Shown one piece after another: positions 9,333-18,376 of a stretch of DNA of 59,500 nucleotides (the first letter of the stretch is position 1; each line of letters opens with the position of its first letter). Origin of the DNA: Prevotellaceae bacterium. Its GTDB lineage: Bacteria; Bacteroidota; Bacteroidia; Bacteroidales; UBA932. Location: assembly GCA_031258755.1 (NCBI GenBank), contig JAIRMK010000207.1:1-59500 (forward strand), read 5' to 3'. The notes under the pieces are model-generated. The model saw only the letters and a list, made by a program, of their open reading frames with translations, searched no databases and was not told the DNA's origin. The position numbers and the translations under genes were made by a program.

Positions 9333-10526
9333 TTAATATAAAAAGCCAAACAGCCACAACGGAATTTTGTTGGAAAAGCCTATTTCGATGTCATCGGTGG
9401 CGATGAAAGCATTTTCAACAGTTGCAATTTGCCGGTTTGTTTTACTTTTTCCGCCTACTTCAAATACAAACGCATTGTCGATGGTAAAATCTCCTTTTTC
9501 TGCCGTGTTTACCTTGTGTTTTGTCCGCAACTGATTGGCAAAAAATGTTTCACGAATGTTACCGACATTTTCATTCCGCAAAGCAAGCGAGTGAATGATA
9601 TTTGTATTTTCGAGGTATATTTTTTGTGGCTTCGAGAGCGCTTGAAGCGTTGTTTTTGGTTCCGTAATACAATTGATTATGCCTGCTTTATCTAACAGAT
9701 ACAAATATTTCACCAAAGCATTTCGGTTAACTTCCACGATAGCGCTCAAATTAGCAATGTTTGGTGTGAACGGTACCATTTCAGCAATCGTAGCCAAAAG
9801 TTTTTTAAGCCTCAAAATTGTAGCATATTCAATTTTTTCTATGGCAGGCAAATCCTCGTCAAATGTTTTGTTTACGGATTTTTCTACACGTATTGGATAA
9901 GTTGTCTTATCTTCCTTGTAGTAAGGATAATATCCATATTCCAAATAATTTTTAAATTCGGGCAGTATTTTGATCTTTAGAACAATGTCCGCGGCGATTT
10001 TTCGGTGGTTTTTCACAATATCATCCAACGTAAGCACAGGCCATTCCATTTGTTTTTCATATTTTAAAAACTCCCTAAACGACAGGCCTTTAAGCTCATA
10101 AACAATGGCCCTGCGCGAAAAATCGACACTTGTATTGTAGATTTCGAGCATTGACGAACCGGTAAAGACAATGTGCATATCGGGATAACTGTCGTAAATA
10201 TTTTTGACTTCTATGGCCCAAGTCGGATAACGGTGAACCTCGTCTAAAAACAGGTGGGTACCGCCATACGAATAAAAATAATCTGCCAAGTCGAGCAACG
10301 AATGTTGTGTAAACCAGATATTGTCCAAACTCACATAAAGCGCCTTTTCTCGGTCAAAGAAGTTCTGTTTGATATACTGTAACATGAGTGTTGTCTTTCC
10401 TGTTCCTTTTGCACCGATAATGCCTATTAGCCGGTTGTTCCATGCAATATGGTCATATAAATATCGGGTAAAATTGATATTTGTAAATTGCATTAATCTG
10501 TCAAAAGTGATAATTATAGATTGCAT
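9333..10526 (-). CDS. orphan AAA+ ATPase (COG1373 / AAA_14 + DUF4143-like)
   Basis: Walker A GIIGAKGTGKTTLM and Walker B LFLDEVH. C-terminal GDFTIDNAFVFEVGGK resembles a D...ExK nuclease-fold motif. Confidence 0.75.
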   Translation of the reverse strand: MQSIIITFDRLMQFTNINFTRYLYDHIAWNNRLIGIIGAKGTGKTTLMLQYIKQNFFDREKALYVSLDNIWFTQHSLLDLADYFYSYGGTHLFLDEVHRYPTWAIEVKNIYDSYPDMHIVFTGSSMLEIYNTSVDFSRRAIVYELKGLSFREFLKYEKQMEWPVLTLDDIVKNHRKIAADIVLKIKILPEFKNYLEYGYYPYYKEDKTTYPIRVEKSVNKTFDEDLPAIEKIEYATILRLKKLLATIAEMVPFTPNIANLSAIVEVNRNALVKYLYLLDKAGIINCITEPKTTLQALSKPQKIYLENTNIIHSLALRNENVGNIRETFFANQLRTKHKVNTAEKGDFTIDNAFVFEVGGKSKTNRQIATVENAFIATDDIEIGFSNKIPLWLFGFLY

Positions 10527-10558
10527 TTTTTAAGTTATTTTGATAGTTATAAGATGCA

Positions 10559-10589
10559 CAAAAGTAGTATTTTTTTATAAACTTGCAAA
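10559..10589 (-). promoter_or_regulatory. Bacteroidota sigma-A type promoter for the 9333-10526 ATPase
   Basis: Minus-strand TTTG (plus-strand caaa 10586-10589), a 19-nt spacer, then TACTTTTG (plus-strand caaaagta 10559-10566). This fits the TTTG / TAnnTTTG consensus. Confidence 0.45.
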
Positions 10590-10703
10590 ATCTATGTGGA
10601 ATAAAATTTATAAACTATCTTTGACACAATAATATTATTGACCGTTCAGACCGTATTATCCGTCTTTAATTTCGCCATAAAATAAAAAAATGTTCAAATC
10701 TTG

Positions 10704-10734
10704 TTTGTAAGTTCCGAAAATATAGCTATCTTTG
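10704..10734 (+). promoter_or_regulatory. Bacteroidota sigma-A type promoter for rplC
   Basis: TTTG (10704-10707), a 19-nt spacer, then TATCTTTG (10727-10734), about 62 nt upstream of the rplC ATG. Confidence 0.5.
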
Positions 10735-10796
10735 CAACCCGCTTTTTGTGCGGATATGTTTATATTTTTGAGTGATAAGTTATTAATTACAAACAA

Positions 10797-11420
10797 ATGC
10801 CTGGACTAATTGGAAAAAAAATTGGAATGACATCCATTTTCGGTGCCGACGGTAAGAACATACCGTGCACCGTTATCGAAGCTGGTCCGTGTGTAGTTAC
10901 GCAGGTGCTTACGGAAGAGAAGAATGGTTATGCCGCCGTGCAGCTTGCCTATGACGACAAAAAAGAAAAACACACCAGCGCGGGCTTAATAGGCCATTTT
11001 AAAAAGGCAAATACCACCCCAAAGGGCAAGGTGGCGGAGTTTAAAAACGACTTCGAGGAACCGGTGCAATTGGGCGACGTGATTACCGTAAGCGACGTGC
11101 TTCAAGAAGAAGACTGGGTCGATGTTACGGGTACTTCTAAAGGCAAGGGATTTCAAGGCGTGGTGCGCCGTCATGGATTTGGCGGTGTGGGCGGCCAGAC
11201 CCACGGCCAGCACAACCGTCTGCGCGCCCCGGGCTCCATGGGCGCCTCGTCGTGGCCTTCGCGCGTATTCCCCGGAAAACGCCTGGCCGGACGCATGGGC
11301 GGCGATCGAGTGAAAATATTAAACCTGAAAGTATTGAAGGTGATCCCCGAAAACAACCTGCTGTTGGTGAAAGGATCCATCCCCGGTGCAAAAGGGTCAT
11401 ACCTATTAATAGAGGAGTAA
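10797..11420 (+). CDS. rplC: 50S ribosomal protein L3
   Basis: [15 protein letters not shown]...[53 protein letters not shown] is classic uL3. Confidence 0.95.
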   Translation: MPGLIGKKIGMTSIFGADGKNIPCTVIEAGPCVVTQVLTEEKNGYAAVQLAYDDKKEKHTSAGLIGHFKKANTTPKGKVAEFKNDFEEPVQLGDVITVSDVLQEEDWVDVTGTSKGKGFQGVVRRHGFGGVGGQTHGQHNRLRAPGSMGASSWPSRVFPGKRLAGRMGGDRVKILNLKVLKVIPENNLLLVKGSIPGAKGSYLLIEE

Positions 11421-11426
11421 CGGACG

Positions 11427-12062
11427 ATGGAACTATCAGTATATAAAATCGACGGACAAGAGTCAGGGAAGAAGATTATCCTCGACGATACGGTATTCGG
11501 CATAGCGCCGAACGACCATGCCATTTATTTGGATGTGAAGCAGTACCTGGCCAATCAACGGCAGGGTACGGCGAAGACGAAAGAACGCAACGAAGTGGCT
11601 TATAGCACCAAGAAAATTGTCCGCCAGAAAGGCTCCGGCGGCGCACGCCACGGTAGCATCAAATCGGGTATTTACGTGGGCGGCGGTACGATTTTCGGCC
11701 CCAAGCCGCGTGACTACAGTTTTAAATTGAACAAAAAGCTCAAACAATTGGCACGTAAGAGCGCGCTCTCGATCAAAGCAAAAGACAACGCCATTATCGT
11801 GTTGGAGCAATTTACCCTGGAAGCCCCGAAAACATCGGCCTTTTTGGCGATTTGCAAAAATCTGAAATTTGAAGATCGCACGAAAGTGCTGTTGGTGCTT
11901 CCCGAAAATAACAATAACATCTATTTGTCGTCCCGCAACCTGCCGCGTGTAAAGGTAATCACATCTTCGGAATTGACTACCTACGACATTATGAATGCCA
12001 CCAACCTCGTGCTGGTGGATGCTACGGTGGAGGTATTGAATAAACAGTTGGGACACGCTTAA
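11427..12062 (+). CDS. rplD: 50S ribosomal protein L4
   Basis: [53 protein letters not shown] is the uL4 signature. Position after rplC. Confidence 0.95.
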   Translation: MELSVYKIDGQESGKKIILDDTVFGIAPNDHAIYLDVKQYLANQRQGTAKTKERNEVAYSTKKIVRQKGSGGARHGSIKSGIYVGGGTIFGPKPRDYSFKLNKKLKQLARKSALSIKAKDNAIIVLEQFTLEAPKTSAFLAICKNLKFEDRTKVLLVLPENNNNIYLSSRNLPRVKVITSSELTTYDIMNATNLVLVDATVEVLNKQLGHA

Positions 12063-12074
12063 AAAGATAGTCAC

Positions 12075-12365
12075 ATGGAAATATTAATAAGGCCATTAAT
12101 AACCGAAAAAATGACGATTCAGGGCGAAAAGTTGAATCGTTACGGTTTTGTAGTTGACCGCGCAGCCAATAAGCTGGAAATAAAAAAAGCGGTTGAGGAT
12201 ATGTACGGGGTTACGGTGAAAAATGTGAACACCGCCAACTACCATGGGAAACGTAAAAGCCGCTTTACCAAGGCGGGATTATTGACAGGCCGCGCCAATC
12301 ACTATAAGAAAGCGATTGTAACGCTGGCCGGAGAAGACAAAATTGATTTTTACAGCAACATTTAA
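12075..12365 (+). CDS. rplW: 50S ribosomal protein L23
   Basis: 96 aa. LIRPLITEKMT...KLEIKKAVEDMYGVTVKNVNT is uL23-like. Position between rplD and rplB. Confidence 0.93.
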   Translation: MEILIRPLITEKMTIQGEKLNRYGFVVDRAANKLEIKKAVEDMYGVTVKNVNTANYHGKRKSRFTKAGLLTGRANHYKKAIVTLAGEDKIDFYSNI

Positions 12366-12368
12366 GCC

Positions 12369-13193
12369 ATGGCAGTACGTAAATTTAAACCGATAACACC
12401 GGGACAAAGACATAAAATCATCAGTGCGTTTGATGATATTACCACCGGCACCCCTGAAAAGTCATTGCTGGCGCCGTTGCGCAAGTCGGGTGGCCGCAAC
12501 AATCAGGGTAAAATGACCATGCGCTACATCGGCGGTGGCCACAAGCGCATGTACCGCATCATCGACTTTTTGCGGAATAAAGACGGTGTGAAAGCCACCG
12601 TAAAAACAATTGAGTATGACCCGAACCGTAGCGCCCGCATCGCGCTGGTGCAATATGCCGATGGGGAAAAACGCTACATTATAGCGCCTAACGGCTTGAA
12701 GGTGGGACAAGACATTGTATCGGGTGCAGGCGTTGCGCCTGAAATAGGAAATACGTTGCCGTTGAATGAAATTCCGTTGGGTACGGTTGTGCACAATATT
12801 GAATTGCATCCCGGACAGGGCGCGGCTATGGCGCGTAGCGCCGGCACGTATGCCCAGCTTACGGCGCGTGAGGGCAAACATGCGGTATTGAAATTGCCTT
12901 CGGGCGAAACCCGCATGGTGCTTGTTACCTGTCGTGCCACGGTGGGCAGTGTATCCAACCCCGACCACAACCTCGAATCGCACGGTAAAGCCGGCCGGAA
13001 ACGCTGGCTCGGCCGCCGGCCGCGGGTGCGTGGTGTGGTGATGAACCCCGTAGATCACCCGATGGGTGGTGGTGAAGGACGCGCCTCAGGCGGACACCCA
13101 CGTTCGCGGAAAGGCATACCCGCTAAGGGCTACAAGACGCGTAACCCGAAGAAAACTTCAAAGAAGTTTATCATTGAAAAACGTAAAAAATAA
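12369..13193 (+). CDS. rplB: 50S ribosomal protein L2
   Basis: [40 protein letters not shown] and GHPRSRKG are uL2 signatures. Confidence 0.97.
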   Translation: MAVRKFKPITPGQRHKIISAFDDITTGTPEKSLLAPLRKSGGRNNQGKMTMRYIGGGHKRMYRIIDFLRNKDGVKATVKTIEYDPNRSARIALVQYADGEKRYIIAPNGLKVGQDIVSGAGVAPEIGNTLPLNEIPLGTVVHNIELHPGQGAAMARSAGTYAQLTAREGKHAVLKLPSGETRMVLVTCRATVGSVSNPDHNLESHGKAGRKRWLGRRPRVRGVVMNPVDHPMGGGEGRASGGHPRSRKGIPAKGYKTRNPKKTSKKFIIEKRKK

Positions 13194-13215
13194 CCGGATA
13201 AACGAGAAATAAAAT

Positions 13216-13482
13216 ATGAGTCGTTCACTAAAAAAAGGCCCTTACATTCATCCCAGCTTGGAGAAAAAAGTGCTGGAAATGGCAGAAGGCAAGAAGAAAA
13301 AAGAAGTGATAAAAACCTGGTCGCGCGCCAGTATGATTTCCCCCGACTTTGTAGGACAAACCATCGCTGTGCATAACGGCAACAAGTTTATTCCGGTGTA
13401 TATTACCGAAAACATGGTAGGCCACAAATTAGGAGAATTTGCACCAACCCGTACGTTCAGAGGACACTCGGGCAATCGTTAA
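13216..13482 (+). CDS. rpsS: 30S ribosomal protein S19
   Basis: [11 protein letters not shown]...[51 protein letters not shown]. Confidence 0.97.
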   Translation: MSRSLKKGPYIHPSLEKKVLEMAEGKKKKEVIKTWSRASMISPDFVGQTIAVHNGNKFIPVYITENMVGHKLGEFAPTRTFRGHSGNR

Positions 13483-13511
13483 TCATTCATCGTAAAAAAA
13501 GAAATCTCAAT

Positions 13512-13955
13512 ATGGGAGCTCGGAAAAGAGAAATGGCCGAAAGGCTAAAAGAAGCAAGGAAACAGACAGCCATCGCAAAGCTGAATAATGTTCCTACCTC
13601 ACCTCGCAAGATGCGCTTAGTCGCCGATTTGGTAAGGGGTGTTGAAGTAAACCGCGCCTTGGATATTTTAAGATATACCAAGAAAGAGGCTTCGGTTCGT
13701 TTGGAAAAGCTGCTCAAGTCGGCTATTGCCAACTGGGAAAGCAAAAACGAAAACGAGAAAAAAGAACTTGAGAACGGGAATATTTGCGTCACGCATATTT
13801 CTGTGGGTCAAGGCCGCACCCTGAAGCGTATCCGCACGGCGCCGCAAGGCCGCGCTGCACGTATTCGTAAACGTTCGAACCACGTTACGATTATTGTAGG
13901 GAAAAAAAGTGAGCCGGTAAAGTCAGAAACAGTAACAGAAACAGAGGAGCAATAA
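13512..13955 (+). CDS. rplV: 50S ribosomal protein L22
   Basis: [27 protein letters not shown]...[31 protein letters not shown] is uL22, with short N- and C-terminal extensions. Confidence 0.93.
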   Translation: MGARKREMAERLKEARKQTAIAKLNNVPTSPRKMRLVADLVRGVEVNRALDILRYTKKEASVRLEKLLKSAIANWESKNENEKKELENGNICVTHISVGQGRTLKRIRTAPQGRAARIRKRSNHVTIIVGKKSEPVKSETVTETEEQ

Positions 13956-13956
13956 C

Positions 13957-14727
13957 ATGGGACAAAAAACAAACCCAATCAGTAACCGTTTAGGAATTAT
14001 TCGCGGCTGGGAGTCCAACTGGTACGGCGGCACGAAATATGCCGGCAAGATTTTGGAAGACGCCAAAATCCGTCAGTACCTTCTCGCCCGCTTGGCCAAG
14101 GCCAGCCTCTCAAAGATTGTTATTGAGCGTACGCTGAAGCTCATTACTGTGACCATTCACACGGCGCGCCCGGGAATTATTATCGGGAAAGGCGGCCAGG
14201 AAGTGGATAAACTCAAGGAAGAATTGAAGAAAATCACCAGCAAGGAAGTTCAGATTAATATTTACGAAGTGAAGCGTCCCGAGCTGGATGCCGTGATTGT
14301 GGCCAACAACATTGCCCGTCAGGTGGAAGGGCGCGTGTCGTACCGCCGTGCCATAAAAATGGCGATAGCCTCTACGATACGCATGGGCGCCGAAGGCATC
14401 AAAGTGCTGATTAGCGGCCGGCTGGGCGGCGCCGAAATGGCCCGCCGTGAGATGTTGAAAGAAGGCCGTACCCCGCTGCACACTTTCCGTGCCGATATCG
14501 ACTACGCGTTGGCCGAAGCGCATACCAAAGTGGGTGTGCTGGGTATCAAAGTGTGGATTTGCAATGGTGAAGTGTATGGCCGGCGCGACTTATCACCGAA
14601 CTTCGGTTCGTCGGCAATCAATGCCAATGTGAGTGGCGGACCGCAAGGCGGAGAACGTCGTCCGCGTGGCGGCCAGCGTGGTGGAGACCGCGACCGTCGC
14701 CGCTCGCGTGAACGAAAAGGAGAATAA
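13957..14727 (+). CDS. rpsC: 30S ribosomal protein S3 with an Arg/Gly-rich C-terminal tail
   Basis: [23 protein letters not shown], a KH domain ([17 protein letters not shown]) and [12 protein letters not shown]. Tail [30 protein letters not shown]. Confidence 0.95.
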   Translation: MGQKTNPISNRLGIIRGWESNWYGGTKYAGKILEDAKIRQYLLARLAKASLSKIVIERTLKLITVTIHTARPGIIIGKGGQEVDKLKEELKKITSKEVQINIYEVKRPELDAVIVANNIARQVEGRVSYRRAIKMAIASTIRMGAEGIKVLISGRLGGAEMARREMLKEGRTPLHTFRADIDYALAEAHTKVGVLGIKVWICNGEVYGRRDLSPNFGSSAINANVSGGPQGGERRPRGGQRGGDRDRRRSRERKGE

Positions 14728-14757
14728 CTTCCGGTTGGCTGGAAGACGAAATAATGG

Positions 14758-14806
14758 AAGAGGTGGCAATCTTAAGTGGTGTTTTTGCTGCCTCTTTTCT
14801 TTTTTA
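14758..14806 (+). terminator. putative intrinsic terminator after rpsC
   Basis: Stem aagaggtggca (14758-14768) pairs with tgctgcctctt (14786-14796): 11 bp including two G-U pairs, with a 17-nt loop. It is followed by ttcttttttt. Confidence 0.5.
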
Positions 14807-14956
14807 GTAGAATATTCAGTAAATTAAAAAGAGTTACAATTGATTTATTTTAAATTGGTTGTTTTTTTATATCTTGTATATTGTTTTGAAAATAAAGATT
14901 TTCAACCAATTAACGCAAAAACACACATAAGACACAAGAATTTTGTTGATAATTTA

Positions 14957-14988
14957 TTTGCAAATATCATTTTTTGTTAATATGTTTG
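14957..14988 (+). promoter_or_regulatory. Bacteroidota-type promoter for the AT-rich two-gene cassette
   Basis: TTTG (14957-14960), a 20-nt spacer, then TATGTTTG (14981-14988), about 58 nt upstream of the ATG at 15047. Confidence 0.45.
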
Positions 14989-15046
14989 CACTTCGCCCTG
15001 AGAAGACAAGAGATAAAAATCACATAATTTGAATATTAAATCGCTT

Positions 15047-15499
15047 ATGCTACTATATAGAATACTCTGTGCCGCATTATGGACAATTGCACTTTTGTTA
15101 TTTACTTATAGTGGATTAGTATTGGATGTTATATTTACAAAAGAAAATATTAACTTTGATGTAAAAATTGCCGATATTAATAATAATTTGTTTATGATCG
15201 CATCTAATTCAAGTATTGTAGTAATGCTTATAATTGATTTTTTCACCACGCAGTTTTTGTTTAAAAAGAATAGTAATTATAAATTAAAGGGTTTTATTAT
15301 TGGGGGATGGAATTTAACATGGATTATTTTAGGTTTTGTTTTAGCATTTATTTTAGCAGCTATTCCCCATATAAAAGGAGCCGAAAATGGAGTAATTGGG
15401 CACATTCATATTTCTTATGTGTTTGCTGTCTATGTTGTCATTTTATTTTGTCATAAGACACATTTATTACAAGTTAATCATATTAATAAACTAAATTAA
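15047..15499 (+). CDS. small integral membrane protein, about 4 TM helices, no recognised family
   Basis: The ORF-track start 15029 is TTG; the first ATG is at 15047. Hydrophobic spans: ILCAALWTIALLLFTYSGLVL, SSIVVMLIIDFFTTQFLF, FIIGGWNLTWIILGFVLAFILAAI, ISYVFAVYVVILF. Very low GC. Tightly coupled to the next ORF. Confidence 0.5.
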   Translation: MLLYRILCAALWTIALLLFTYSGLVLDVIFTKENINFDVKIADINNNLFMIASNSSIVVMLIIDFFTTQFLFKKNSNYKLKGFIIGGWNLTWIILGFVLAFILAAIPHIKGAENGVIGHIHISYVFAVYVVILFCHKTHLLQVNHINKLN

Positions 15500-15505
15500 A
15501 AAACA

Positions 15506-16024
15506 ATGTCACTATTAGTACTGTTGATATTTGGCATAATTGGCATAAGTTTCGCTTTGATGCTATTATTAGTGTGGATTTATAAAAAAAACATTATACA
15601 CGTTGACCGTGTGATTGCAGGAAGCACTTCTATAAATCACTCCGGTGCCGATGTTATTATTACGCCATTTGAGAATTTTTATAATGATAATAAGAAAGTT
15701 AAGTTGAAAGATTATACTATCAAGTGGGTAGATGGTATTTGTATGACGCCAAAAAACATTAACGACAAAGATATTGTATTTATCCGAGCATTTAAGAATA
15801 ATGAACAAAAAGTGGAAACAATAAAAAAAGGTGATGTTCTTTATATCGAGTATAAGAAAGATAATAAAATAATTCCTAAAATTAGAGAATTTTTGGAATT
15901 TGATGAACTTGGAAAATCTGCAAAAACATTTTATTATCTAAACGATGGATGTATACAAGAATCTAAATTTCCGCATAAAATAGATGATATAAAAGGTGTT
16001 GTCAAAATGGTATTTTCAAGATAG
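15506..16024 (+). CDS. N-terminally membrane-anchored protein with a putative S24/S26 (LexA / signal peptidase / TraF)-like domain; Cys at the nucleophile position
   Basis: TM helix LLVLLIFGIIGISFALMLLLVWIY. Then VDGICMTPKNINDKDIVFI, KKGDVLYIEY, IPKIREF and DDIKGVVKMVF, in the order expected for the S24/S26 fold. The fold assignment is by eye only. Confidence 0.45.
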   Translation: MSLLVLLIFGIIGISFALMLLLVWIYKKNIIHVDRVIAGSTSINHSGADVIITPFENFYNDNKKVKLKDYTIKWVDGICMTPKNINDKDIVFIRAFKNNEQKVETIKKGDVLYIEYKKDNKIIPKIREFLEFDELGKSAKTFYYLNDGCIQESKFPHKIDDIKGVVKMVFSR

Positions 16025-16071
16025 GGATTGGGGTACGCCTGTAAAAGCCTGTGTTTAGGTGTATAGTAAGG

Positions 16072-17205
16072 TTATATCCTTCTTTTTATATTGGCTTTAA
16101 ACCAAAGCCGGAAAACAGGGTCATTGAACGTAACATTTTTATCATTGATGTCAATGAGTTCTTTATTTTCCAAGGCTTCTTTCAACCGTTTCACATTCGC
16201 GGCAGTTCCCAATTGATATTGTTGTAAAATAGCAGTTTTCGTAAATTCGGAATGGACGCCATCGGCAATGGCTTGCAAAAAATTAAGCTGGTAAGCCGAC
16301 AACTCTTCCACATAGCGAAGATAAAGCATAGCATTTTGGTTCAACAACTCCACTACCGCCGATTCAAAAATATCAGGCGTCACGGTTTTAGCGGTTTTAC
16401 TCCAGATAATCCACGCCAATTGCTGCACATACGAAGAATGGTTTTCTACGGTATTGCAAATTTTTTCGGCGATTTGTGTGGAAATTTTTTTCCGGGTTAC
16501 CTGAAAACGTTCACAAATAAACGGTATCCAGTTAGAAGCAGGTATTTTCTGCAAGAAAAACACATCGCCGAATTTATAGAATGGCATACTTTGTCTCGAA
16601 AAAAGATTGGCCAATATATGTTTTTTGCTACCATAAAGACAATAAGAAACGTCGGGTTGTAATTGCCACACCGAACGTAATTTTTTTTGGAAAGACAGAT
16701 GCTCATCAAATTCCGCGACCTGCTGAAATTCGTCAATGCAAATAACGAGCTTAAATCCTTTTTCTGTGGCTATCCGTTGCGGTAAAGTCAATACCTCATC
16801 CGCCGATAGTTTTTTATCGGAAAAGTCAAACGTAATGGAAAAATCTCTTACCGGATCGGCGCCGATAGAGATTTTAAGCACTAAGGATGCCAGGAATTTT
16901 TTTGCATTTTCCACCCATTCCTGCCATTTTCCGGCAGTTTGTTTGACTACTTCCGTGGCGAAAAGGGTGTAAAATTCGTGGGCTGTCCGGCATGAAAAAA
17001 CATCAAGCGTTATGATTTTTAGTCGCCTGCCCTTGCCTGACAGCGCCGTTTTTTGTACCAATGAGGTCTTGCCCCACCGGCGTGGAGAAATGAGTATCGT
17101 ATTAATTCCATGTTTGAAATTAGCCAATAGACGCTTGGTGTCTTGTTCCCGGTCGGTAAATTGTTCACCGAAGGCTGTTTTACCGAAAGTAAACGGATTT
17201 TCCAT
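16072..17205 (-). CDS. orphan ATP-binding protein (archaeal-type ATPase, PF01637/COG1672-like) with a winged-helix-like C-terminus
   Basis: FTDREQDTKRL...ILISPRRWGKTSLV (Walker A) and LVICIDEFQQV (Walker B). C-terminal YQLNFLQAIADG...LKEALENKELID. Confidence 0.75.
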   Translation of the reverse strand: MENPFTFGKTAFGEQFTDREQDTKRLLANFKHGINTILISPRRWGKTSLVQKTALSGKGRRLKIITLDVFSCRTAHEFYTLFATEVVKQTAGKWQEWVENAKKFLASLVLKISIGADPVRDFSITFDFSDKKLSADEVLTLPQRIATEKGFKLVICIDEFQQVAEFDEHLSFQKKLRSVWQLQPDVSYCLYGSKKHILANLFSRQSMPFYKFGDVFFLQKIPASNWIPFICERFQVTRKKISTQIAEKICNTVENHSSYVQQLAWIIWSKTAKTVTPDIFESAVVELLNQNAMLYLRYVEELSAYQLNFLQAIADGVHSEFTKTAILQQYQLGTAANVKRLKEALENKELIDINDKNVTFNDPVFRLWFKANIKRRI

Positions 17206-17212
17206 AATGCAC

Positions 17213-17294
17213 TTGTTTTGGAAAACAAAGGTAATGACTATTTTTCAATTAAACAACTTTGTTTTAAACAAACTTGTTTTAAACAAAGTTGTTT
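17213..17294. repeat. array of four TTGTTT/AAACAA palindromes in the leader/upstream region of the 16072-17205 ATPase
   Basis: TTGTTTTGGAAAACAA (17213-17228). AAACAACTTTGTTT (17251-17264), AAACAAACTTGTTT (17266-17279) and AAACAAAGTTGTTT (17281-17294) sit at a 15-bp period. Units 1 and 3 are exact reverse complements. Confidence 0.7.
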
Positions 17295-17319
17295 AAAGTG
17301 CAAATTGCTGTAATTCAAT

Positions 17320-18372
17320 TTATAATACAGGAATTTCTTTCTTCTTTCCGGCGAGCAGGAAGGAGGACAAAGAGATAAAGCCAAATATAATCATCATCAC
17401 GGCTTGTGTTTCATGCGAGATGGTGGCAAACACCACCCCAAGTTCCCACGAAACGGCATACATGGTTGACAGCGCCAGCGCCAGCAGGAAGTGGTAGGCG
17501 CCCAGTCCGCCCGGCACGGGAGCGACCCATCCTAATGCACCCACAACCATAAGGAAAAGGGCATCGGCAAAACCGAGGGACGCTGTTTCAGACATGGCGT
17601 GCATAATGGTGTAGGATTGTAAGAAATAGAAGAGCCATATTATCAAGGTGCCGGCAAGGAATTGGTTTTTCCTTTTCAGACGAAAGCCCGCCTTCAGTCC
17701 GTCGATTAAACCTTTGAAGAGTAGAGACGCGGCATGCCACGTCTTTACAACCACGCGAAATTGTAACAGTTTCTTTCGGAAAAGAAACAGCAGGATGATT
17801 GTTATGACGAATACGCCGGATAGAATGGCAAGCCACGACAGCCCGGTAGTTTCGGCATTATGTTCCGTTAAGGGTTGCCATATTTTATCGTGCAGGAATG
17901 TGCCGAAAGTGTCCATGCGCAAGCCCACCACAAAAATGGTAACAATGAGCAGGCAGAGTACATCAAATACCCGTTCGAGCACTACTGTGCCAAGCAGCGA
18001 TTCAAAAGGGACTTTTTCGGTTTTACGCAGTGCGCCGCAACGCACCACTTCGCCCAGACGCGGCACGGCAAAATTGGCAAGGTAAGTGAGCATCACCGCA
18101 TCATACGTGTTTTTGACGGAAGGGCGGTAACCCAAGGGTTCGATAATGATGCGCCAACGCAACGCGCGTACCACAATGGCCAGCCAGCCGCTTAGCATAG
18201 AGGCGCCGACCCACCAGTAGTTGGCATTACGCAACCCTTCCACGAGTTCACTCCATTTCACTTCTTTGAAAGAAATATAGAGTAACCAAGCGGAAAGCGC
18301 CAGGAATATCACATATTTTAGTGAACCTGTAATTATTTTATTCCACTTTTTTTTTGGAACGGTTGTTCCCAT
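17320..18372 (-). CDS. UPF0104 / lysylphosphatidylglycerol-synthase-TM-region-like (flippase-like) membrane protein
   Basis: 350 aa and polytopic. Family-like strings: WRALRWRIIIEPLGY, LTYLANFAVPRLGEVVRCG, PGGLGAYHF. Confidence 0.65.
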   Translation of the reverse strand: MGTTVPKKKWNKIITGSLKYVIFLALSAWLLYISFKEVKWSELVEGLRNANYWWVGASMLSGWLAIVVRALRWRIIIEPLGYRPSVKNTYDAVMLTYLANFAVPRLGEVVRCGALRKTEKVPFESLLGTVVLERVFDVLCLLIVTIFVVGLRMDTFGTFLHDKIWQPLTEHNAETTGLSWLAILSGVFVITIILLFLFRKKLLQFRVVVKTWHAASLLFKGLIDGLKAGFRLKRKNQFLAGTLIIWLFYFLQSYTIMHAMSETASLGFADALFLMVVGALGWVAPVPGGLGAYHFLLALALSTMYAVSWELGVVFATISHETQAVMMIIFGFISLSSFLLAGKKKEIPVL

Positions 18373-18376
18373 ATTT

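Noticed and set aside
14886-14905. 8-bp inverted repeat TTGAAAAT-AAAG-ATTTTCAA upstream of the AT-rich cassette promoter
   Set aside because: Short A/T palindromes are expected by chance in DNA of about 25% GC. It has no partner sites or positional logic.
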